Shown: piece after piece, positions 6,661-14,153 of the stretch
Position numbering within the stretch: position 1 is the first letter of the stretch
How the letters are laid out: every line of letters begins with the position of its first letter
Source: a virus
Lineage: Duplodnaviria > Caudoviricetes
IMG/VR virus record: IMGVR_UViG_3300023184_000430
Location: 1-27,946 of that record
Direction: 5' to 3' (one strand)
Length of the DNA: 27,946 bases
Notes under the pieces: generated by a model
The model's database searches: none
Told to the model about the DNA's origin: nothing
Seen by the model: only the letters and a program-made list of their open reading frames with translations
Made by a program: the position numbers and the translations under genes

Positions 6661-6669
6661 CTACAACGA

Positions 6670-6698
6670 TTGACAGGACTCATTATGTGTGATATGAT
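6670..6698 (+). promoter_or_regulatory. sigma70-type promoter, probably giving a leaderless mRNA
   Basis: TTGACA-17 bp-TATGAT with extended TG; ATG 5 nt after the -10. Confidence 0.7.
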
Positions 6699-6703
6699 AT
6701 ATC

Positions 6704-6865
6704 ATGGGAAAAAATAAAGCGTTGTTTCAAGATATAGTCGAACTAGCAGAGGAAGCTATTTTGGAAAAGGACTATGATGCTGCTTGGAACTATTTCAATA
6801 TGTATTATCCAAACGACAAAGAAATCTTTGATTCGATTTGGTTTAATATAGTCGGTCAACAATAA
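6704..6865 (+). CDS. Small acidic hypothetical protein, 53 aa (MGKNKALFQDIVELAEEAILEKDYDAAWNYF...)
   Basis: Hand-translated ORF directly behind the promoter; not in ORF track. Confidence 0.65.
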   Translation: MGKNKALFQDIVELAEEAILEKDYDAAWNYFNMYYPNDKEIFDSIWFNIVGQQ

Positions 6866-6962
6866 GACCACTTAATATCCTCAATTTCATAAAAAACAGA
6901 ATATATAATTTATTTGTTGTTCTGTATTTTTATGTTTGCGAGTTAACAAAAGGAAACGTACT

Positions 6963-7517
6963 ATGAGAAAAATTACTTTTTTAGTCATAGCGACAATTTT
7001 ATTTGGCATGAGCAGCTTCATCTCTCAGAGTGAAGCAAAGCCTCTCCGTAGCCAAAAGGCTGTACAGTCTGGAATTGACATGACATATCCAGTATATATC
7101 GACGGTGCTTTGGTCCATAATAATCAAGACGGAAGTGAATCAACGCCAACAAAGACTAATAAGAAGCAGAAGAAGCGTAACAAAGGTGAATACCTTATTG
7201 CTTCTCCTGCCGGAGAAGAAGGTTCTGGTCGCCCTGCTGATTGTCCTGGGGCCTGGTGCGGGTGCTGGCTTTCTAAGCAGATTTTCGGTGAGAATCGTCG
7301 CGATCTATGGGTAGCAAAAAATTGGTTGAAGTTTCCACACACGGCGCCACAAATTGGTTCAGTTGCTGTAATGTCGCGGCGAGGCGGTGGTCATGTCGGA
7401 GTCGTCGTTAGTTTTGATGAAAGAGGTAATCCAATTCTCAAATCTGGTAATCATAATCGGAGAGTCGCTATAGCAGTATATCCCAAGTCCCGTATCATCG
7501 CTTATGTGTCACCCTAA
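6963..7517 (+). CDS. Exported CHAP/NlpC-like cysteine peptidoglycan hydrolase
   Basis: SD AAAGGA then MRKITFLVIATILFG..SEA signal peptide; catalytic-type WCG, GGGHVGVV, SGNH. Confidence 0.75.
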   Translation: MRKITFLVIATILFGMSSFISQSEAKPLRSQKAVQSGIDMTYPVYIDGALVHNNQDGSESTPTKTNKKQKKRNKGEYLIASPAGEEGSGRPADCPGAWCGCWLSKQIFGENRRDLWVAKNWLKFPHTAPQIGSVAVMSRRGGGHVGVVVSFDERGNPILKSGNHNRRVAIAVYPKSRIIAYVSP

Positions 7518-7533
7518 TATAGGATGAGCGACC

Positions 7534-7704
7534 ATGCCTTGGCCTGACGACCAGATTGAGAATGGCAAGATCAAACCGTGGCCACCGGAGGAACGGTGTC
7601 CCAAGTGCGGAACCGAAGAATATCCGTCTATCAATTTTCGCAAGGGTAAGCAAGTAGTCTATTGTCAGCATTGCGATCACGAGGAATATGAGTATTTGAA
7701 ATGA
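7534..7704 (+). CDS. Small zinc-ribbon protein, 56 aa
   Basis: Hand-translated: MPWPDDQ...RCPKCG...YCQHCDHEEYEYLK; not in ORF track. Confidence 0.7.
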   Translation: MPWPDDQIENGKIKPWPPEERCPKCGTEEYPSINFRKGKQVVYCQHCDHEEYEYLK

Positions 7705-7720
7705 AACATGAGGAACTGAA

Positions 7721-7942
7721 ATGAAAAAGTTTTTTGTTATTACATCGTTATTGGCTGCTTCTGTATTGCTTGCTAGTTGTAATACAGATTCTGTTTCTAA
7801 AATCAACGTCAGAAGTAATGGAACTTTTGATGTTGAGCAGAATATGAATAGTGTTTGTATCGACGGCAAGACATATCTAATGTCAAAGATGGGTAATCTG
7901 TTATTGATCGATGAAAATCGGAGAGTAGTTCCTTGTAACTGA
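7721..7942 (+). CDS. Small lipoprotein
   Basis: SD GAGGA; MKK + hydrophobic stretch + lipobox LLAS-C. Confidence 0.75.
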   Translation: MKKFFVITSLLAASVLLASCNTDSVSKINVRSNGTFDVEQNMNSVCIDGKTYLMSKMGNLLLIDENRRVVPCN

Positions 7943-7951
7943 TTATGATAT

Positions 7952-7959
7952 TATAAATA
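7952..7959 (+). promoter_or_regulatory. T4-type late promoter
   Basis: Exact TATAAATA, intergenic, upstream of SD GAGGAG. Confidence 0.65.
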
Positions 7960-7977
7960 GAAGTGAGGAGAGTACTA

Positions 7978-8241
7978 ATGCCCATCTATACTATTGAAGA
8001 TATGAAGACTGGCGAAACTCGGGATGAGATGATATCATACTCCGAATTAGAAACTATATTGGAAAATAATAAGAATCTTCGCCATGTGATTAGACCAATT
8101 ATGATAGGAGATCCTGTTGGTATGGGTATCACTAAACCTCCGGCAGATTTCCAAAAATTTGTCCTTGGTAAAATCAAAGCATCTAATCCAGGTTCAGATG
8201 CTATCTCAAATAAACGATGGGCAATACCGAAAGAAATTTAA
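7978..8241 (+). CDS. Conserved T4-like small protein (FmdB-like N-terminus, lacking Cys) upstream of phoH
   Basis: MPIYTIEDMKTGE start after SD GAGGAG; synteny with phoH. Confidence 0.75.
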   Translation: MPIYTIEDMKTGETRDEMISYSELETILENNKNLRHVIRPIMIGDPVGMGITKPPADFQKFVLGKIKASNPGSDAISNKRWAIPKEI

Positions 8242-8285
8242 TTTGAGTATAAACAAGAGACTGTCATTTTTATATAACTAAAAAT

Positions 8286-8329
8286 AGGGCCTGCCTCTTA
8301 TTGGGGTAGGCCCTTTCGCTTTTCTTTTC
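8286..8329 (+). terminator. Terminator/attenuator-like hairpin immediately upstream of the phoH SD
   Basis: AGGGCCTGCCTC-ttatt-GGGGTAGGCCCT then a T-rich run. Confidence 0.65.
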
Positions 8330-8340
8330 AAGGAGAAAAA

Positions 8341-9063
8341 ATGGCTAAAACAAAAAAGAATAAGAATGCTCGTAATATATCATTGTCTCAGCCGCGAACA
8401 ATATCACACTTCGACCTACGCCCGATAAAACCTCTCACACCAAATCAACAAAAAACATTTGACGCATATAATCAAGGGCATAATCTAATGCTCCATGGAT
8501 ATGCAGGTACAGGAAAAACATTCATATCATTATATCTTGCTTTAAAAAATGTCTTGACAATCAACTCACTTTATGATAAGATAATAATAGTTCGTTCAGT
8601 AGTTTCATCAAGGGATATGGGATTTCTTCCTGGAAATATAAGAGAGAAGACTCAGATATTTGAAGAACCTTATAAAGAAATATGTGATGATATATTCGGT
8701 AGAGGTGATGGATATGAAATACTCAAACTTAAAAAGTTAATAGAATTTACAACTACCTCATTTCTCAGAGGCCTAACATTTAATAATGCTATTGTGATGA
8801 TAGACGAGACCCAAAATTTAACTTTTCCAGAAATCGACACTATCATGACGCGCATTGGTAATAATAGTCGTGTTATCTTTTGTGGTGATTTCAGACAAAC
8901 AGACTTAAATAAGCCACATGAGAAAGAGGGTATTACGCAGTTCATGCGAATAACACATAGAATAAATACTTTCAAACATATAGAGTTTGAACAATCAGAT
9001 ATCGTTCGGAGCAATCTTGTCAGAGATTATATCATACAGAAAACAGAAATGGGTTATGCATGA
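8341..9063 (+). CDS. phoH: PhoH-family ATPase
   Basis: Walker A GYAGTGKT, MGFLPGN, FLRGLTF, IDETQN, TRIG, GDFRQTDL, DIVRS. Confidence 0.95.
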   Translation: MAKTKKNKNARNISLSQPRTISHFDLRPIKPLTPNQQKTFDAYNQGHNLMLHGYAGTGKTFISLYLALKNVLTINSLYDKIIIVRSVVSSRDMGFLPGNIREKTQIFEEPYKEICDDIFGRGDGYEILKLKKLIEFTTTSFLRGLTFNNAIVMIDETQNLTFPEIDTIMTRIGNNSRVIFCGDFRQTDLNKPHEKEGITQFMRITHRINTFKHIEFEQSDIVRSNLVRDYIIQKTEMGYA

Positions 9064-9740
9064 AAACTTTTAATTATGTAAGTGATGTGCCTGTATTAGA
9101 ACCTCTTGTTGTCCAAGAAATAGACGGCAAGAGATTCTATATTTCGCCTAATGGTAATAAACTACCTTCTGTCACTACTATTCTTGGTCACTTCGGTAAA
9201 GAAGGCATTCAGAAATGGATTGATCGAGTCGGAGTCGAGACTGCTACTAAAATTAAAAATAGAGCAGCAACTCGCGGAACTAAGTTCCATGCTATGATGG
9301 AAAAGTATATTGGTAATGACAAAACATTATTTGAAGGTGTCATGCCTGATATGAAACAGGCTTTTCGAGATGCTGAAGAAACACTCGACAAGATAGATAA
9401 TATACACTATATTGAAGCTCAGTTATGGTCAGAGAAATTAGGCACAGCAGGACGAACGGATGTTATTGGTGATTATGATGGTGTTCTTTCAGTGATAGAT
9501 TTCAAGACATCGCTGAGAGAAAAGAAAGAATCATATATCCAAAACTATTTCGAGCAGGGCACTGCCTATGCTGAAATGTATGAAGAGAGAGTTGGTAAAC
9601 CTATAGATCAGATTGTTATTATCATATCTGTGGATGGCCTAGACTATCCACAAGTATTCATCAAAAATAAGAAAGATCATATTGAAAATCTAATGAGTAA
9701 AATCTTAGCATATAAGAAGGAGTTTTTTCATGTATCTTGA
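9060..9740 (+). CDS. PD-(D/E)xK exonuclease (Cas4/lambda-exo-like, T4-like phage type)
   Basis: LPSVTTIL, RGTKFH, AGRTD, IDFKTS, QGTAYA. Confidence 0.9.
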   Translation: MKTFNYVSDVPVLEPLVVQEIDGKRFYISPNGNKLPSVTTILGHFGKEGIQKWIDRVGVETATKIKNRAATRGTKFHAMMEKYIGNDKTLFEGVMPDMKQAFRDAEETLDKIDNIHYIEAQLWSEKLGTAGRTDVIGDYDGVLSVIDFKTSLREKKESYIQNYFEQGTAYAEMYEERVGKPIDQIVIIISVDGLDYPQVFIKNKKDHIENLMSKILAYKKEFFHVS

Positions 9741-9942
9741 ACCGTGGATGCTATTTGTTTTAGTATTGACATATGGTATTTGTGCATGGTGGAATCATAC
9801 AAAGGGTATCAAATACGGAATTATCTCAGTCTTGACTGGGCTTGAATATGATAAGATTATTTCAATAAGTGATGAAGGAGTAATTGAGCCTTATAGAGCT
9901 ACCAATCCATATCGGGTAAAAAGAAGAAATAGGTTGTCATAA
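9730..9942 (+). CDS. Small membrane-anchored hypothetical protein
   Basis: N-terminal hydrophobic helix; SD AAGGAG; overlaps upstream gene. Confidence 0.7.
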   Translation: MYLEPWMLFVLVLTYGICAWWNHTKGIKYGIISVLTGLEYDKIISISDEGVIEPYRATNPYRVKRRNRLS

Positions 9943-9996
9943 ATAGAATATATTGAATCAGACTCTGAAAAATAGTTGACATGAAAGGAAATTGAT

Positions 9997-10617
9997 ATGG
10001 CTGATAAACCATCAAAAAGAGCGATTGATCTGATTGTTGCTACTGAAGTCACATCACAAGCATACTATGAAAAGAAGTATCGCAAGCCAGAGTGGCCAGG
10101 CGGTGCATCAGGTATTACAATCGCTGTCGGGTATGATCTGGGATATGCAAATGAAGCTAAGATTCGGAGTGACTGGACTGGCAAGATTTCAGATGATATG
10201 GTTGATTGTCTGGTCAAATATGCTGGTCTTTCAGGCGAAAAAGCTCATGCTAGACTTGCAGAGGCTCGCGGTGAGATTGATATTCCATGGAATGTAGCAT
10301 ATGATGTATTTTCAAATATTGATATGCCCGAATGGTGTGTTAAAGTAAAACGCGCTCTGCCAAACACAGACAAGCTATCAGAAGATTCATTTGGTGCTCT
10401 TGTATCTCTTGCATATAATCGCGGTGCATCTTTCTCTATGGACGGTGACCGGCGTAAAGAAATGCGATCAATTAAGGAACATATGGCTAATGAAGATTTC
10501 GATAAGATTCCTTCCGAGTTTCGTTCTATGAAGCGACTCTGGCCAACAATGCGAGGGCTGATTGTTCGGCGTGAAGATGAGGCAAAGTTATTTGAAGATG
10601 GGCTAAAAACCGCTTGA
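9997..10617 (+). CDS. Lysozyme-fold muramidase (pesticin-C/GH24-like), probable endolysin
   Basis: E..WPGGASGITIAVGYDLG, GALVSLAYNRG, GLIVRREDEAKLF; late-like CATAAATA at 9938-9945. Confidence 0.85.
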   Translation: MADKPSKRAIDLIVATEVTSQAYYEKKYRKPEWPGGASGITIAVGYDLGYANEAKIRSDWTGKISDDMVDCLVKYAGLSGEKAHARLAEARGEIDIPWNVAYDVFSNIDMPEWCVKVKRALPNTDKLSEDSFGALVSLAYNRGASFSMDGDRRKEMRSIKEHMANEDFDKIPSEFRSMKRLWPTMRGLIVRREDEAKLFEDGLKTA

Positions 10618-10647
10618 CATTCTGCTTCAGATATGCTATTATAAATA
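10614..10647 (+). promoter_or_regulatory. Overlapping sigma70 and T4 late promoters for tmRNA
   Basis: cTTGACA-17 bp-TATTAT with extended TG; TATAAATA at 10640-10647. Confidence 0.75.
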
Positions 10648-10649
10648 TA

Positions 10650-10975
10650 TTGATGTCGTTGATGTTTGACGATAGGCTGATGTGACGGGGGTGCGAATCC
10701 CCCCACCTCCACCATAAACAGAGGAACAGGACGCTGGCTCGATGAAGTGGGATAACGGATTGATCACCGTAAAGACATGGAGAGTCCTCTGTTTATGATG
10801 GGGGTGAATAGGATCGAACACAGTTGAAGGGCAAACGGAGATATCGGATTGATCACCTAATGATCAAAACAAGTAAATGCAGCAAACGATAATGCTCCAT
10901 TTGAGATGCGCTTAGCGGCATAGTCTCATTGTGTTTTCGGCAGCTTTTCATAGAAACAGAATAAAGCTGCCACCT
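10650..10975 (+). ncRNA. ssrA: Circularly permuted (two-piece) tmRNA, alphaproteobacterial type; tag AANDNAPFEMRLAA
   Basis: Acceptor piece ends in T-arm GGGGG-TGCGAAT-CCCCC + CACCTCC-A-CCA (10687-10714); coding piece starts GGGGGTG at 10800, giving an acceptor stem with G3.U; tag frame 10879-10923; outer ends approximate. Confidence 0.93.
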
Positions 10976-11042
10976 TTATCATGAGATAACGCGACTTCTT
11001 ATGATGAATAATTTTTACAGTCGCTTATGAGAGGAAATAAAA

Positions 11043-11282
11043 ATGATTCCATTCGCAGTCGTTGCTATCGTTGCAGGTTCACTATTCGTCGGAGGCACAA
11101 TCGTTAAGCCCGCACAACCACAACTAGGCCGTACAATGCAAGCAGCAGGTGTTGGTACACTGGCTGGTGGTGCTCTCGGCACTATTGCTGGCGCATCAGA
11201 AGTTGCTGCTATCACTGCTGGTGCAGTTACTGGCGGTGTAGTTGCTGGCGGAGCGGTTCCACTATTCAATCTTAAGTGGTAA
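11043..11282 (+). CDS. Small Gly/Ala-rich hydrophobic protein (glycine-zipper-like)
   Basis: SD GAGGA; repeated GxxxG motifs. Confidence 0.75.
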   Translation: MIPFAVVAIVAGSLFVGGTIVKPAQPQLGRTMQAAGVGTLAGGALGTIAGASEVAAITAGAVTGGVVAGGAVPLFNLKW

Positions 11283-11324
11283 TCGGTATCTAATCTAAAC
11301 ACACACACAACACAGGAGATTATT

Positions 11325-11528
11325 ATGAGTAAAACACCATATGAACTAAGATTAGAACTTCTTATGTTAGCAAAGCAGAGTCTAACAGAAGGATATTATG
11401 CTAAAATTGATGCTGCTAAATTAACTAATCCTTCGGCATATCCACTAATTGAAATGCCGAATTTTCCTAGTGAATCTGAAGTATTTGCACTCGCTGAATC
11501 ATATAAAGAGTTTATTGAAAGGAAATAA
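11325..11528 (+). CDS. Conserved small T4-like phage protein
   Basis: CA-rich leader + SD AGGAG; MSKTPYELRLELLMLAK...FPSESEV..A motif. Confidence 0.8.
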   Translation: MSKTPYELRLELLMLAKQSLTEGYYAKIDAAKLTNPSAYPLIEMPNFPSESEVFALAESYKEFIERK

Positions 11529-11529
11529 A

Positions 11530-11649
11530 ATGCTCACATTTTTTACGACTTCGGTTGTAGTTGCTTTCGTTGCTGGCGCTGTTGTTGGTTGGAATCTTCT
11601 ACCTCAACCACAAAGGGTAAAGGATCTTTATACTAAGATTTTCGGCTAA
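11530..11649 (+). CDS. Small membrane peptide, 39 aa (MLTFFTTSVVVAFVAGAVVGWNLLPQP...)
   Basis: ATG 11530 after SD AAGGA; the ORF track starts too early at 11449. Confidence 0.7.
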   Translation: MLTFFTTSVVVAFVAGAVVGWNLLPQPQRVKDLYTKIFG

Positions 11650-11657
11650 TAAAATCA

Positions 11658-11700
11658 TATGGCACGGGGAATAGTAGATATTGTTGTTTCCCGTGCCATA
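11658..11700 (+). other. Long intergenic hairpin (processing site or terminator)
   Basis: TATGGCACGGGGA pairs with TTCCCGTGCCATA; extendable with G-U pairs; no U-tract. Confidence 0.65.
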
Positions 11701-11729
11701 ATCTAATGTGAAAACTATAGGATTATATA

Positions 11730-12299
11730 ATGAGATTTTTTGATAATTTTATTCATAATGAAGCTCAAGATAAGATTGAACATGCTATGTTCAAGATGCC
11801 ATGGTATTTTAATACTGTAGATGATGATATCAAAACAATATCAAATGATAATGCTCCATATTTTGTCAATCTATTAGGATGTGAAGCTCACGGCACTACA
11901 GCAGATGATATCAAGCCATTTGTTCCACTTATTATTCAGCTAGAAAAGGTAACAGGTAAATCATATTCGGATCGAATCGTCCGTGTTAAAGCTAATCTAT
12001 ACACAAAGCGGAATGAATTTCCTGAAGATGCTTATCATAAGCCACACCTTGATCTTTACAATAAAGATACAGACTTGGGAGATGAGGGTGAAATATTTTT
12101 ATATTATGTAAATACCGCGGATGGCGACACTTTCTTCTTTAACGAAAAGAAGCAGGGGCAAAAAGATTATACAATTAACAAAAGAGTTCCTCATATAAAA
12201 GGTGCTGCTATGTTGTTTGATAATACGATTGTCCATGCGAGTTCGTCTCCTCGATTCTCGGAATATAGAATGAATATTAACTTTGTATTTAAGAAGTAA
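11730..12299 (+). CDS. 2OG-Fe(II) oxygenase superfamily protein
   Basis: RVKANL, PHLD (HxD), LYYVN..DGDTFFF, FD...HASSSP...RMNIN. Confidence 0.88.
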   Translation: MRFFDNFIHNEAQDKIEHAMFKMPWYFNTVDDDIKTISNDNAPYFVNLLGCEAHGTTADDIKPFVPLIIQLEKVTGKSYSDRIVRVKANLYTKRNEFPEDAYHKPHLDLYNKDTDLGDEGEIFLYYVNTADGDTFFFNEKKQGQKDYTINKRVPHIKGAAMLFDNTIVHASSSPRFSEYRMNINFVFKK

Positions 12300-12302
12300 A
12301 TC

Positions 12303-12530
12303 ATGTCAAGCAAAGATCAAATTTTGAAATTTTCATTAGAGATTGAATCAATAGCTCAAACCAAGATGATATCATATATGGATGCTATTGTGCTATATTG
12401 TGAAAATACAGGATTTGAAATAGAGATTGCTGCTAAATTAATATCTGGTGCACTCAAAGCTAAGATCAAGACTGAAGCTGAAAATCTTAATTTTCTTCCT
12501 AAATCAAAAACAAATAGACTCCCAATTTAA
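12303..12530 (+). CDS. 33: Late-transcription coactivator gp33
   Basis: FSLEIE..SYMDAIVLYCE..LKAKIKTEAENLNFL; gp33-gp59-gp32 synteny. Confidence 0.9.
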   Translation: MSSKDQILKFSLEIESIAQTKMISYMDAIVLYCENTGFEIEIAAKLISGALKAKIKTEAENLNFLPKSKTNRLPI

Positions 12531-12532
12531 AT

Positions 12533-13129
12533 ATGAGAATGCCAGCTTATAATTGTTATTGTCTTTATCTTGCGATGAAGAACCATTTCACTCAAGAAGA
12601 ATATGATTTCTTTAAGTATAATGGAAAAATAAATGCAAGTAAAGAATCGTTTCTGTCTCGCAAAGATAGATATCAATTTCAAAAACTATGCCGTGTTTGT
12701 GATGAAAAAGAGATGACCGAATATCTTGTGTCTAATCTAATCAAAGATAGAAAATGGGTCGGTGATCTATTACAAGAAGAAGCTCAGGATAATTATAAAG
12801 CATATCTAAAAAGGAAACAATCTATTTCATATATGTTTAATAATGAAGTAGATAAACTATTTTCTTCTACATCTGATATTTCTTCAATCTTTAAAGTTTG
12901 TAAGGATAATTATCCTAAAATAATTCATGCTTATCTTCAAGGCGATGTGTCCCTTGAGACATTTTCAATACTAGATAAGTTCATAAGCTTTTCGGCCAAG
13001 TATGATAGTAAATATGGTAAGGATGATATAATCTGGTCGAAGATTCGGCTCATCTCAAAGAAATTGTATCCGTTCATCGAATACGATAAAGAGAAAATAA
13101 AGAATATACTAAAAGAGAAAATTGCTTGA
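12533..13129 (+). CDS. 59: Helicase loader gp59
   Basis: YLAMKNHF...YDFFKYNGK...FLSRKDRYQF; synteny. Confidence 0.92.
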   Translation: MRMPAYNCYCLYLAMKNHFTQEEYDFFKYNGKINASKESFLSRKDRYQFQKLCRVCDEKEMTEYLVSNLIKDRKWVGDLLQEEAQDNYKAYLKRKQSISYMFNNEVDKLFSSTSDISSIFKVCKDNYPKIIHAYLQGDVSLETFSILDKFISFSAKYDSKYGKDDIIWSKIRLISKKLYPFIEYDKEKIKNILKEKIA

Positions 13130-13154
13130 CACACACACATTTCTATGATACTAT
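13126..13154 (+). promoter_or_regulatory. sigma70-type promoter for gp32
   Basis: cTTGACA-17 bp-TACTAT with extended TG. Confidence 0.7.
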
Positions 13155-13219
13155 ATACTTCTATATTATGATGATTGTGAATAAGCTGTACATACAAAAC
13201 ATACAATGGAGAATATACA

Positions 13220-14116
13220 ATGTCAAACTTTGCAACACTAAAGAAGTCTTCGTCCTCGCTTGATCGACTCACTAAAGAGATTGAGAAGATCAATTCGCCT
13301 GGAGCATTCGATAATAAGAAGACAGATGATCGTATTTGGAAGCTCGAACGGGATAAGTCAGGTAATGGTTCTGCTGTTATCCGATTCCTTCCTTCGGCTG
13401 CGGTCGATGGCGATGATGCTCTACCATGGGTTCGGTATTTCGACCATGGCTTTAAGGGCCCTAATGGTAAGTGGTATATTGAAAACTCACTGACATCTCT
13501 TAATCAGAAGGATCCTGTTTCTGATTATAATAGCCAGTTGTGGAATATCTCATCTGATGATAATTCACCGACTCGCAAGCAGGCCCGGGAACAGAAGCGC
13601 CGATTACATTATGTTTCTAACATCTATGTAATCTCTGATCCTAAGCATCCAGAAAATGAGGGTAAAATCTTCCTATTCAAGTATGGTAAGAAGATTTTTG
13701 ATAAGATCACTCTTCTTATGAATCCTGAATTTGAAGGTGATGTACCAGTAAATCCTTTTGATCTATGGAAGGGCGCTAACTTCAAGCTTCGTATTCGGAC
13801 AGTCGAGGGTTATCCAAACTATGATCAATCAGTGTTTGACCTACCCAAGCCGTTGTTTGATGATGATGCTGAGTTAGAGAAGATTTGGAAGCAAGAACAC
13901 ACATTGGGCGAGTTTCTTGATCCAAAGAATTTCAAGTCTTATGAGTATCTCAAGCAGCATCTTGAAGAAGTTCTTGAGATTCGACTTGAGAATAAGCCTA
14001 GTAAGGCAGATGTTCCCACGAAGGAAGATGTCTTTAAGCAAGCATCCAGCAGACAATCTGTATCAACTGATGATGATGATGATCTGAAGGCTTTCAGAGC
14101 CTTGGCTGATGACTAA
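13220..14116 (+). CDS. 32: Single-stranded DNA-binding protein gp32
   Basis: DDRIWK..DKSGNGSAVIRFLP, HGFKGPNGKWYIENS, GKKIFDKI, GANFKL, NYDQS, acidic tail. Confidence 0.97.
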   Translation: MSNFATLKKSSSSLDRLTKEIEKINSPGAFDNKKTDDRIWKLERDKSGNGSAVIRFLPSAAVDGDDALPWVRYFDHGFKGPNGKWYIENSLTSLNQKDPVSDYNSQLWNISSDDNSPTRKQAREQKRRLHYVSNIYVISDPKHPENEGKIFLFKYGKKIFDKITLLMNPEFEGDVPVNPFDLWKGANFKLRIRTVEGYPNYDQSVFDLPKPLFDDDAELEKIWKQEHTLGEFLDPKNFKSYEYLKQHLEEVLEIRLENKPSKADVPTKEDVFKQASSRQSVSTDDDDDLKAFRALADD

Positions 14117-14123
14117 AAGTTAC

Positions 14124-14153
14124 AAGAGGGGAAGAAATTCCCCTCTTTTTTTT
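14124..14153. terminator. Terminator between convergent transcription units
   Basis: AAGAGGGGAA-gaaa-TTCCCCTCTT followed by a T-run. Confidence 0.88.

Noticed and set aside
9060-9740. cas4 as part of a CRISPR system
   Set aside because: A stand-alone PD-(D/E)xK nuclease next to phoH is usual in T4-like phages; no other cas genes or array
10681-10714. tRNA-Ala gene
   Set aside because: Only a T-arm and 3' acceptor strand are present; the 5' strand lies downstream at 10800 and there is a tag frame, so it is a permuted tmRNA
10245-10821. Minus-strand ORFs over the lysozyme and tmRNA
   Set aside because: Antisense to well-supported features; no motifs
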